DNA of 64,000 nucleotides, taken from positions 58,723 to 122,722 of the forward strand of contig CAZFOB010000002.1 of NCBI GenBank assembly GCA_964520325.1, written 5' to 3'. The notes under the pieces are model-generated. The model worked only from the letters and a program-made list of their open reading frames with translations. It searched no databases and had not been told where the DNA came from. Positions 30,066-38,174 of the stretch are shown here, in pieces. The stretch's first letter is position 1. Each line of letters begins with the position of its first letter. The translations under genes and the position numbers were made by a program. This DNA comes from an uncultured Actinomycetes bacterium. GTDB taxonomy: Bacteria > Actinomycetota > JAICYB01.

Positions 30066-30290
30066 TACAGCGTCCGCGTCGGCGCGGAACTGCCGGTAGT
30101 CCACGGGCGGAGCGGTGCGGAAGAGCGCGACGGCAGCTTCGGCGTTCACGAACCGGTGCCTCCGCAGCGGCATGAGTTCGCCGACGGGAACGCCGTTGCG
30201 GGTTACGACGAAACTCTCGCCTTCGTCGAGTCGACGCATGATCTCTCCGCTCTCGTTGCGCAGCTCCCGCTGAGTGATTTCTCGGCTCAT
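30066..30290 (-). pseudogene. Phd/YefM-type antitoxin, 3'-truncated, toxin lost
   Basis: MSREITQRELRNESGEIMRRLDEGESFVVTRNGVPVGEL, identical start to 32671-32925. Confidence 0.8.
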
Positions 30291-30299
30291 GCGGCGAGC

Positions 30300-30316
30300 G
30301 TAGCACCCCGTGCTAC
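30300..30316. promoter_or_regulatory. TA operator palindrome
   Basis: GTAGCAC-ccc-GTGCTAC just upstream of the antitoxin. Confidence 0.7.
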
Positions 30317-30390
30317 GCCATGCAAAGGTGCGTGGGCCTCCGGTGAAGGCAACGTGAACACCGGATGAAGGTGCATCGCTCGTGGTCTAC

Positions 30391-30417
30391 GGGTTGAAAT
30401 CGCCCCCTCCGACACGC
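30391..30417 (+). repeat. att core copy 3
   Basis: GGGTTGAAATCGCCCCCTCCGACACGC versus tRNA GGGTTCAAATCCCCCCTCCGACACGC. Confidence 0.85.
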
Positions 30418-30439
30418 CGGATGGTCCCGCCGTTGAGTC

Positions 30440-30470
30440 TGATAGCACTCAGCGCCTCATTTGCTATCAT
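30440..30470 (+). promoter_or_regulatory. TA operator/promoter
   Basis: Inverted repeat TGATAGCA (30440) / TGCTATCA (30462) overlapping a TATCAT -10-like box close to the ATG. Confidence 0.6.
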
Positions 30471-30477
30471 GTTCGTC

Positions 30478-30765
30478 ATGCGACAGCTCATCACGCGCAT
30501 CGATGATCGCCTGCATAAGGAGCTGAAAGCCCGTGCGGCCGCGGAAGGGCGGTCGGTGAATGCGCTCGTGAACGAGTTGCTCTCATCGGTCCTTGCGAGT
30601 GGCGACGGGCGCGCGGCTGTTCGTGCTCGCGCGAAAGCAGCCGGGCTCGTCGTTGCGCTTCAGCCAACCAAGCGTCCACCGTCTCGCGACGCGACGATCG
30701 CGTTGACGAAGGGTGCGGGAAGGGCGGCGAGTCGGGCCCTGGCGAGGGAAAGATCTCGTAGCTGA
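30478..30765 (+). CDS. vapB: RHH antitoxin (FitA/VapB-like)
   Basis: MRQLITRIDDRLHKELKARAAAEGRSVNALVNELL. Confidence 0.8.
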   Translation: MRQLITRIDDRLHKELKARAAAEGRSVNALVNELLSSVLASGDGRAAVRARAKAAGLVVALQPTKRPPSRDATIALTKGAGRAASRALARERSRS

Positions 30766-31205
30766 CTCTCCTCTACGCCGACTCCAGTGCGATCCTGCGA
30801 GCCTACTTCGCCGACGAGCCGGAACATGCTTCGCTCCGAGCGCTCCTCCTCGAAGGTGATCGATCCGTCGTCACCAGCGAGCTCGCTCGAGTCGAGATCG
30901 CCAGTGCCGTGCGTTCCGCCGCCTCAGCCGGACGACTGAGAAGGTGGCGGACGCTGCTCGCTGGGATAGAAGCCGACTTCGCCGAGGGGGGGCCGATCAC
31001 ACTCCTCGCTCTGCGTGCGGCACCCATCCTGCCCGCTGCGTACGAACTCGTCGTGGAACATCGGCTCCGGACCCTCGACGCGATACATCTCGCGGTCGCT
31101 GTCCATGAGTGTCCGCAGCTCGCCGGCGACGGAGAGTTTACTTTCATCACGCGCGACGAGGACCAAGCGCGCGCTGCCCGTCAGCTCGGCATCGCAGTCG
31201 CCTGA
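30762..31205 (+). CDS. vapC: PIN-domain toxin (CTG start)
   Basis: TLLYADSSAIL, ELARVEI, LRTLDAIHLAVA and FITRDEDQ; upstream in-frame TAG forces a CTG start. Confidence 0.85.
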   Translation: MTLLYADSSAILRAYFADEPEHASLRALLLEGDRSVVTSELARVEIASAVRSAASAGRLRRWRTLLAGIEADFAEGGPITLLALRAAPILPAAYELVVEHRLRTLDAIHLAVAVHECPQLAGDGEFTFITRDEDQARAARQLGIAVA

Positions 31206-31287
31206 GGTATCGGCAGCCGCGCCGATCCTAGGCCAAGACCGCGTTCCGTCCTCCCAGGTGAGGTGAGTGGACAAGGGTTGAGTGCGG

Positions 31288-31298
31288 CCCTCCGACAC
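31288..31298 (+). repeat. att core copy 4
   Basis: CCCTCCGACAC preceded by GGGTTGAG. Confidence 0.8.
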
Positions 31299-31313
31299 GA
31301 AGCTGCGACCGCG

Positions 31314-32081
31314 CTATCGGATCGCGTCGTATTGGCTGCGCATCCCTTCGAGCCATCCCTCAAGGTTGTTCGCTTTGCCCTCGATCCATCCCTTCGAAAC
31401 CTCGTCCGTCAGGATGAGGAAGCGCTCCTCCCCGATCGCTTCGACCACGACGTCGGCGACCTGAGTCGGCTCCTTGACCAGGGGCGCAAGCAAGGACAGC
31501 AAAGGCGACGACGTGTCGACCATCGGCGTGCGGACCAATAACGGGGCGAGGAGCGACACGCGGATCCCGCGGTTGTGGTACGCGATCGACATCCACTCAG
31601 CGAACCCGACGACGGCGTGTTTGGTTGTCGAATAGACGGCGTTGTCGGGGTTGGTGAGGATGCCCGCGATCGACGAAGTGAACAGAATGTAGCCCGTCCC
31701 GCGTTCCAACATGCTGGGTAGGACCGCACGCGTGACATAGACGTGCGCCATGACATTCACGGACCACTGCCGGTTCCAGACTTCGGGAGGCGCGTCGAGA
31801 GGGGTGCCACCGAGTTCGTAGATGCCTGCATTGCTGAGACACACATCCACCGGTCCTAGCTGCTCCTCGACAGAGCGGACCATCGCATTTACGGACTCTT
31901 CGTTCCCCACGTCACACGTGACGGATATCCCTCCGACCCGATCTGCCACGGTGCGCGCGCCGTCAGTGTTCTGATCCACCACCGCGATCGCTGCTCCTTC
32001 TCGTGCGAACGCCTCGCAGCATGCTTCCCCGATTCCGCTCGCACCGCCGGTAATGATCGATACTTTGCCGTTCAGGTTCAC
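31314..32081 (-). CDS. SDR-family oxidoreductase
   Basis: TGGASGIG, SNAG and YSTTK motifs. Confidence 0.92.
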   Translation of the reverse strand: MNLNGKVSIITGGASGIGEACCEAFAREGAAIAVVDQNTDGARTVADRVGGISVTCDVGNEESVNAMVRSVEEQLGPVDVCLSNAGIYELGGTPLDAPPEVWNRQWSVNVMAHVYVTRAVLPSMLERGTGYILFTSSIAGILTNPDNAVYSTTKHAVVGFAEWMSIAYHNRGIRVSLLAPLLVRTPMVDTSSPLLSLLAPLVKEPTQVADVVVEAIGEERFLILTDEVSKGWIEGKANNLEGWLEGMRSQYDAIR

Positions 32082-32212
32082 GAGTAGACGGTAGCGAACT
32101 CACACCTACGCCTGGGCCCCAAGTACCGCTCTTGCTCCCCGCCTCGTCGCCAACTATGCGCTCAAGTCGAGAAATCGCCTGGCTGGTCCGGGTAGGGCTA
32201 ACGGAGCAATCG

Positions 32213-32224
32213 CCCCTCCGACGC
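32213..32224 (+). repeat. att core copy 5
   Basis: GGAGCAATCG-CCCCTCCGACGC; same flank as copy 2 (GGAGCAAACG). Confidence 0.8.
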
Positions 32225-32264
32225 CAGTTGAACCCCGCGGCGTCAGCGAGCTCGTGAACTTCGA

Positions 32265-32678
32265 TCAGACGCTGATGACTTCGACCAAGTCCTTGATCGC
32301 CCGGAAGTCGTCGGCGTTCCGTGTGTAGAGCGGAAGGTTCGCGGCACAAGCGGTCGCGGCGACGAGCAGATCCACGGCCCTCGCTCCTCTCGCCTTGCGT
32401 CCGGATCCGACGACTGCCGAATAGATCCTTCCGTAAGCACGGGCTGCTTCGCCGTCGAAGGGCAACGGGTCGAACGCTGCTTCTGCTCGCTGAAGCCGGT
32501 CTTGTCGACGACCGCGCTCAGCCGGATCCTTCGTCGCATGAGGGCCGGCGGCCAGCTCGGCCATAGTGATGGCGCTGACAGCGATCTCCACAGGCAATTG
32601 CGAAGCGTCGATCGCCTCAAGATCGATCACGACGGACGTGTCGAGGATTCCCCGTTGCGCTCTCCCGCCGTCAGCCAC
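32265..32678 (-). CDS. vapC: PIN-domain toxin (Mtb VapC5-like)
   Basis: ILDTSVVID, SAITMAELAAG, DLLVAATA and LYTRNADDF motifs. Confidence 0.92.
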   Translation of the reverse strand: MADGGRAQRGILDTSVVIDLEAIDASQLPVEIAVSAITMAELAAGPHATKDPAERGRRQDRLQRAEAAFDPLPFDGEAARAYGRIYSAVVGSGRKARGARAVDLLVAATACAANLPLYTRNADDFRAIKDLVEVISV

Positions 32679-32925
32679 GAGGTGTCGCGTCCTCGTCGGC
32701 AACGGCGTCCAGGTCGGCGCGGAACTGCTTGTAGTCGACGCGGGGAGCACTGCGGAAGAGCGTTAGAGCAGCTTCGGCGCTGACGAACCGGTGCCTTCGC
32801 AACGGCATGAGTTCGCCCACGGGGACGCCGTTGCGGGTCACGACGAAACTCTCGCCTTCGTCGAGTCGGCGCATGATCTCCCCGCTCTCGTTGCGCAGCT
32901 CACGCTGAGTGATCTCTCGGCTCAC
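32671..32925 (-). CDS. vapB: Phd/YefM-type antitoxin
   Basis: ITQRELRN...VVTRNGVPVGEL; overlaps the vapC start. Confidence 0.9.
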   Translation of the reverse strand: MSREITQRELRNESGEIMRRLDEGESFVVTRNGVPVGELMPLRRHRFVSAEAALTLFRSAPRVDYKQFRADLDAVADEDATPRG

Positions 32926-32934
32926 TGTGCAAAC

Positions 32935-32951
32935 GTAGCACGGCGTGCTAC
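32935..32951. promoter_or_regulatory. TA operator palindrome
   Basis: GTAGCAC-ggc-GTGCTAC, same arms as at 30300. Confidence 0.72.
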
Positions 32952-33033
32952 ACCACGCAAGTGGCCCGTCACGGGTGTGCTAGTGCTAGGCCAACGTGAG
33001 CAGCACGGAGAGGCGGATCGCTCGTTGGCTATC

Positions 33034-33054
33034 GGTTGAGATCGGTCCTCCGAC
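33034..33054 (+). repeat. att core copy 6 (degenerate)
   Basis: GGTTGAGATCGGTCCTCCGAC; its left flank is homologous to the flank of copy 3. Confidence 0.65.
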
Positions 33055-33124
33055 GGCGGAGCTGTCCAGATGTACGCGTGTCTCAGGGGTTAGCGTGGTG
33101 TATATACACCACCAGACGCGCGGA

Positions 33125-33751
33125 TCAGAACTTCGGGAACGACGGTGCGCTGGGGTGGTCGGGGTCGTGCGCCGGGTCGTCCGCGGGTAGCGTCCCCTCG
33201 AACCAGGGGTCGAGCTTCCAGTCGGGGACGGGAGGCTCGGTCCCCGCAGTGGGCACGAACACGGACCGCTCAACGGGTTGGTGCCGATGCACGTAGCGCC
33301 GGCAGTTCGGGAACACTTCGGCGGCCCGGACCCGGACGACGAACCGGGCGCCCGGGTACGTGCGGGTGAGCGGGTCGTCATGGTCGATGGAAGCTTGGCC
33401 GTTCAGGCGCAGCCGTGTGCCGGTCTCCCAGTCGATGAAGAGCATGCCGATGCGCCCGTTGACGCTGATGTTGCCCGCCGTCAGGAACATGCCGTTGCCG
33501 TCGTACACGGGGAAGGCCAGGGTGTGCTCGTCGAGCACGCGTACGAAGCCCGGGTCTCCACCCTTGTAAGAGACCTGCGGCCATCCGTGCTCGTCGGCGG
33601 TGGCGATGAAGAACATGTCCCGCCGCTCGATGAAGGCTTTGAGGTTGTCCGAGATGGCGTCCGAGGTGCCCTCGGCGAGGCGGTCGGCGAGGCGGCGCGT
33701 GTCGAAGCGGTCCTGGAAGACTCGTTGTCCGTCGTGGTAGTCCTGGCTCAC
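33125..33751 (-). CDS. Pyridoxamine 5'-phosphate oxidase-family FMN-binding protein
   Basis: FFIATAD, SYKGGDPGFVRV, YDGNGMF and FPNCRRY motifs. Confidence 0.88.
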   Translation of the reverse strand: MSQDYHDGQRVFQDRFDTRRLADRLAEGTSDAISDNLKAFIERRDMFFIATADEHGWPQVSYKGGDPGFVRVLDEHTLAFPVYDGNGMFLTAGNISVNGRIGMLFIDWETGTRLRLNGQASIDHDDPLTRTYPGARFVVRVRAAEVFPNCRRYVHRHQPVERSVFVPTAGTEPPVPDWKLDPWFEGTLPADDPAHDPDHPSAPSFPKF

Positions 33752-33846
33752 GGTCTCGTCCCGACGCCGAGGCTATCTCACCTCCCAATTCCGCTCCCCC
33801 GGGTGGTGTTGTGGACATTCCATCTTTCCGACAGTACGATTCTCGA

Positions 33847-34152
33847 ATGACTCGAATGACTCTACGGGCGAAGGGACAATTAACGCTTCCCGAAGAGATC
33901 CGAGAGGCTGCCCGCCTCGAAGAGGGCGACCTGCTGGACGCCGAGCTCACGGAAGAGGGCATCCTGCTGCGCCCCCAGAAGATCATCGACGCCACGCAGG
34001 CCTGGTATTGGACGCCCGCGTGGCAGGCGGGCGAGCGGGAGGCGGAAGCAGACCTCGCAGCTGGCCGAGTAGAGACCTTCGCGTCCGGTGAAGATCTCAT
34101 CGCGGGGTTGAAGAGACGCTCGAAGCGCGCAGGACGACCACGGTCGCGTTAG
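33847..34152 (+). CDS. AbrB/MazE-family antitoxin
   Basis: LRAKGQLTLPEEIREAARLEEGD and QAWYWTPAWQAGEREAEAD. Confidence 0.85.
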   Translation: MTRMTLRAKGQLTLPEEIREAARLEEGDLLDAELTEEGILLRPQKIIDATQAWYWTPAWQAGEREAEADLAAGRVETFASGEDLIAGLKRRSKRAGRPRSR

Positions 34153-34159
34153 CTGCCGA

Positions 34160-34450
34160 TTGCCCACCTTCGAATGGCTGGCTCGGTTCGGTTCCGACTT
34201 CGATGCGCTGACTCGCGCGCAGCAGGCAGCCTTCCTCCTTGCTGTTGAGCAGTTCGTCGACGACCTCAGGACGGGTCAGTTCCGGAAAGGTCTTCGCGTC
34301 AAGGGAGTCAAGGGCGCCAAGGGCGTCTTTGAGATGACATGGGCCGACGACGGCCGGGCGACGTTCCAGTACGGAGATCCGTTGTCCGAGGGCGAACCGC
34401 ACGTCATCTGGCGACGGATCGGGACGCACGCCATCTTCCGCGAACCCTGA
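34160..34450 (+). CDS. RelE/ParE-superfamily-like toxin
   Basis: LRVKGVKG..VFEMTWADDGRATF..IWRRIGTH; directly downstream of the antitoxin. Confidence 0.7.
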   Translation: MPTFEWLARFGSDFDALTRAQQAAFLLAVEQFVDDLRTGQFRKGLRVKGVKGAKGVFEMTWADDGRATFQYGDPLSEGEPHVIWRRIGTHAIFREP

Positions 34451-34509
34451 GTCGGCCGTCAGAGATCCGAATCAAGCAGTCATCGAACGACCGAGGACTT
34501 GCGCAAGCG

Positions 34510-35546
34510 TCAGGACGATCGGTATGCAGCGACGATCGGGACAAGTTCGATCGGTGAGGCCCCGTGCAGGATGACGGCATCGGCGCCGAGGTCGAGTTGT
34601 CCGCGGATCGCTCTTGCACACTGCTCGGGGGATCCCGTTGCGGCCGGCGCGAGCCATTCGTTCGGGAGCAGGTCTGCGATGTGCTGGAGCTGTTCGGTCG
34701 TCGCGACTTGATCGATCGCTCCACGCATACTCGTCACGACCTCGTCGGCACGGAACCGTTGGAGCGGCGCGGGGTTCCAGCGGTTGGTCTCCACCATCAG
34801 GTCGCCATAGCCCTGCAGGTACGTCGCCATACGCCCAACGGTCTTCTTGAGACGCACATCCTCGGGGAGGTGGTCGCCGACAGTCGCGAAACACGACCAC
34901 ACCGTGACGTCAGCGGGGTCACGACCGGCGCGCTCCGCGGCGTCCTTCACGGTCTTGACGCATCGCTGCAAGGTCTCGTCCGTAAAGAAGGTGTGCAGCA
35001 CGACGGTGTCGAACATCCGTCCTGCGAGGTCAAGCGTGCGCGGACCGAATGCGGTGATCGCGAGTGGTATGTCCTCGTCGAATGATGCGTCGAGGTGGAG
35101 GATCGGGAAGCGGCCGATCGGACCGTCGTGGCCGATCACGACTTCGCCCTTCCAGAGACGACGCATCAACAGGGCGAAGTCCTCGAGTTGGGCTGTCGTG
35201 ATCTGCGGTATCCCGAACGCATCGAACATCGGCTTGATCCCTCGACCCAAACCGAGCGTGAACCGTCCGTTCGTGAGCCGGTGCATCGTGGTCGCGTATG
35301 ACGCGGTCACCATTGGGTGCCGGTGTTGTGGTTCGTTGCTGCCGTCGCGATCTGGATCCTTGTCGAAACGGCGCCCGCGGCGCCGGACAAGGTGGCTGCT
35401 TCCTTGATGTTGAAGCGCTCGGAGATGAAGGCCGTCCCGAGGCCCAGTTCCTCAGCGCTACGGACTTCTTCGATGATGTCGCGCGGTGACTTCGGCGCAC
35501 CGGCGAGCAGGTAGCAACCCAGCTCCTCGGAGACCTGGTCGGACAT
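34510..35546 (-). pseudogene. F420-dependent LLM-class oxidoreductase, frameshifted
   Basis: ISERFNIKEA..ATNHNT then RHPMVTASYATTMH in another frame; one base missing near 35322. Confidence 0.8.
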
Positions 35547-35706
35547 CGCGACAGTTTGGCAGAAACGACCTACTGCATCGGGGCGTGAGCACCAAGAACG
35601 TTGCGGCGCCGTATGGAGCCGCTGGCCTATCGCTTGCGGCACGGTAGCGGTACGGGTTGACCTCAGGCACCGAGGCCCCCTACTTTCGTAATGGTCGCGT
35701 AATAGC

Positions 35707-37494
35707 TTGAGCCTTCTCACCCGACAGGACACTCCCGTGCATCTCTACGCCTCAAGGTTCCTCGCCGCTCTCGATCCCGTCCCGATCGACGGGCCGCGCG
35801 GCAGCGCCTTGGCCGACTGGTGGCCGCTCTACATCTTCGCGGGCGTCTTCGTCGCCATCCTCGTCGGCGCGTTCGTCGCCGGACGGAGCCGAGGCAGCGG
35901 CCTCATGAGGATCCCCGCCGGCCTGCAACACGTCAGCGGAGTTCCCGATTGGGCGGCGACGACGTTGCTCTTCAGCATCTACGGACTCGCGGTCGCCGGG
36001 TTCGGCTTCTACAACGACGTCGAGTGGCACGTCGGACTCGGCCGCGACGACGACCTGTTCACTTCCCCGCACACCGCGATCCTGGTCGGCCTCGTGATGA
36101 TCGCGTGCGCGCCGCTCGCCGGAGAGATCGTCGCATCGATCCGTAAGCGGCCCGGCGGACTTCGCGTCGGCCCGTTGCGGTTCCCGTGGTCGACCGTGCC
36201 GCTCCTCGCACTCGGCACGGCGGCGCTGATTGGGTTCCCGATCGACGAGCTCTGGCACCGACGTTTCGGTGTGGACGTGACGATGTGGAGTCCGCCGCAC
36301 CTGATCATGATCTTGGCCGCGTCTTTCTCCGGACTCGCATCGTGGCTGGTGCTCGCGGAGGCGGGCGTCCGTCCTGCCGGCCGATGGGGACGTGGATTGC
36401 ACGTCGTAGCGGGCGCACTCACGCTCCAAGGGCTCTCGAGCCTCCAGGGAGAGTTCAGTTTCGGCGTCCCGCAATGGCAACAGCTCTACCACCCCGTCCT
36501 GATCTGCCTCGCCGCCGGATTCGCGCTCGTCGCGATCCGCATCGTCCACGGACCGTGGTGGGCCTTCGGGGTCGCAACGGGGATCCTCGTGGTCCAACTA
36601 CTGGACACGCTCGACGAGGGTGGCCCGGTGCAGACGCGCCCCGGCGCCGTATACGTCGGATCCGCGATCGTGGTCGAACTCGTGGCGCGCGTGCTCGGCA
36701 CCGATCGCCGTCTCCGATTCGCACTCGCGTCGGGACTCGGTGTCCTCGCCGTCGGATTGCCCGTCGAATGGGCGTGGAACCAGGGCGCTCACCAGCCCTG
36801 GACGGCCGCGCTCTTTCCCGATGCCGTGCTCGTCGGCGGACTTGCAGCGCTGGGAGGAGCCGTGCTCGGCGCGGCCGCCGCCGGCGCCATCTCGGACGCA
36901 CTCACAACCCGCCGCGATCGACGCGCCGTCCCGGTCGCGGCCGTGTTGCTCGCTCTTCTCGGCGTGGGCGTCGCGCTCGGACTACCGAACCCGCGGCGCG
37001 TTGGCGACGTCCGGGCAGACGTACACCTCGAATGGACGGACGATGAGCACGCGCGTGTCCACGCGACGCTCGACCCACCGGACGCTGCGGTCGGCGCACG
37101 TTGGTTCACCGCGGGCAGCTGGCAATGGGGCGGCCGGACCATCGCGCACATGCAGCGCACGGGCAACGGCACCTACGTCGCGGACGAACCTCTGCTCATG
37201 ACCGGACGGGCCAAGAGTCTCCTCCGGCTGCATCGTGGCGCCGAGATGATGGCGATCGCGATCCGGCTGCCGGCAGATCCGAAGTACGACCTCGCAGAAG
37301 TGCCGGCGGAAGACCGCCGTTCCCGCTTCGTGGCCGAGCAGCGTTTCCTGCAGCGCGAAGCCGACCGTCCCGTCGGCTGGTTCGCGATCCTCGTCTATGC
37401 GTTGGCCGTCGGTCTCGCTCTGGCGTGGATCGTGTCGTTCGCCGTGGCGTGCAACCGTGTCCGACAACGGACGCCTGCGTCAGCACCCGCCTAA
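35707..37494 (+). CDS. Multi-pass membrane protein
   Basis: 595-aa ORF with many TM segments and repeated DxxWH...PH motifs (DVEWH/SPH, DELWH/SPPH). Confidence 0.8.
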   Translation: MSLLTRQDTPVHLYASRFLAALDPVPIDGPRGSALADWWPLYIFAGVFVAILVGAFVAGRSRGSGLMRIPAGLQHVSGVPDWAATTLLFSIYGLAVAGFGFYNDVEWHVGLGRDDDLFTSPHTAILVGLVMIACAPLAGEIVASIRKRPGGLRVGPLRFPWSTVPLLALGTAALIGFPIDELWHRRFGVDVTMWSPPHLIMILAASFSGLASWLVLAEAGVRPAGRWGRGLHVVAGALTLQGLSSLQGEFSFGVPQWQQLYHPVLICLAAGFALVAIRIVHGPWWAFGVATGILVVQLLDTLDEGGPVQTRPGAVYVGSAIVVELVARVLGTDRRLRFALASGLGVLAVGLPVEWAWNQGAHQPWTAALFPDAVLVGGLAALGGAVLGAAAAGAISDALTTRRDRRAVPVAAVLLALLGVGVALGLPNPRRVGDVRADVHLEWTDDEHARVHATLDPPDAAVGARWFTAGSWQWGGRTIAHMQRTGNGTYVADEPLLMTGRAKSLLRLHRGAEMMAIAIRLPADPKYDLAEVPAEDRRSRFVAEQRFLQREADRPVGWFAILVYALAVGLALAWIVSFAVACNRVRQRTPASAPA

Positions 37495-37511
37495 CGTGTC
37501 CTGTCTCTGAA

Positions 37512-37800
37512 CTAATGGTCGTCCAGCGCGAGCTCGCCATGGAGGGCCAGCGCTGTACTCAGGGGTCTATACGCCCCTCCGACACAAACCTTTAGCCACC
37601 GAGATGGTGCGGCCTCGCGGCGAGCGGGCTTGTAGGTCAAGCGGAGTCCGAGATCCTCGTAGAAGCGCTTTTGGACGACGCGTTCCGGTGAGGCAAGTCC
37701 ATCGCGAACGTTCAAGTCGCTTAGGAACTCGCGGAACTCATCGGCGTTGAGATCGGCCGGCGACGGTTCCGAGCGCAGCGGTTGAAGGCCTGCGAGAAGA
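37512..37800 (-). pseudogene. LSR C-terminal remnant reading through an att core
   Basis: DEFREFLSDLNVRDGLAS..QKRFYEDLGLRLTYKP..WLKVCVGG. Confidence 0.75.
37574..37585 (+). repeat. att core copy 7
   Basis: CCCCTCCGACAC, exact. Confidence 0.85.
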
Positions 37801-37841
37801 GACGATGCTCAAAGCACTCTCTTCTCGCGCGCCCAAGGCCG

Positions 37842-37869
37842 GGGACTTCGCCCCTTAGGGCGAAGTCCC
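37842..37869. terminator. Perfect 12-bp hairpin after a minus-strand operon
   Basis: GGGACTTCGCCC-CTTA-GGGCGAAGTCCC; no U-tract. Confidence 0.55.
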
Positions 37870-37870
37870 G

Positions 37871-38167
37871 TTAGAGATCGTCCTCGCGGAGTACGTCGAG
37901 GTTCCGGAACTTCAGGTCACCTTCGCTGATCTCGGAGAGGAAGGCGGCGAACTCGCCTGTCTCGGGGCGGCTCGAGTTCTCCATGCCCTGTTCGTAGGAT
38001 CCGAACTCCACCAGGAGCAGGTACACGCTCTCGGCGTCACGGTCGCGGCGAAGAACAGCGCGGTGAGGGATGCGATGTCCTTCGGAGTTGCGTATCCACG
38101 CATTGAGCTTGCTGTTGAACTCGTCGATCCGACTCGTTGTGAACTCGATGATCTGTGTGAACTTCAT
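37871..38167 (-). CDS. Dimeric alpha/beta-barrel (ABM-like) protein
   Basis: FTQIIEF...VEFGSYEQGMENSSRPET...FRNLDV. Confidence 0.65.
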   Translation of the reverse strand: MKFTQIIEFTTSRIDEFNSKLNAWIRNSEGHRIPHRAVLRRDRDAESVYLLLVEFGSYEQGMENSSRPETGEFAAFLSEISEGDLKFRNLDVLREDDL

Positions 38168-38174
38168 CGTCTGC

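Noticed and set aside
35651-35670. TACGGGTTGACCTCAGGCAC as a tenth, deleted att core
   Set aside because: Intergenic and reminiscent of core 3, but too degenerate to support.
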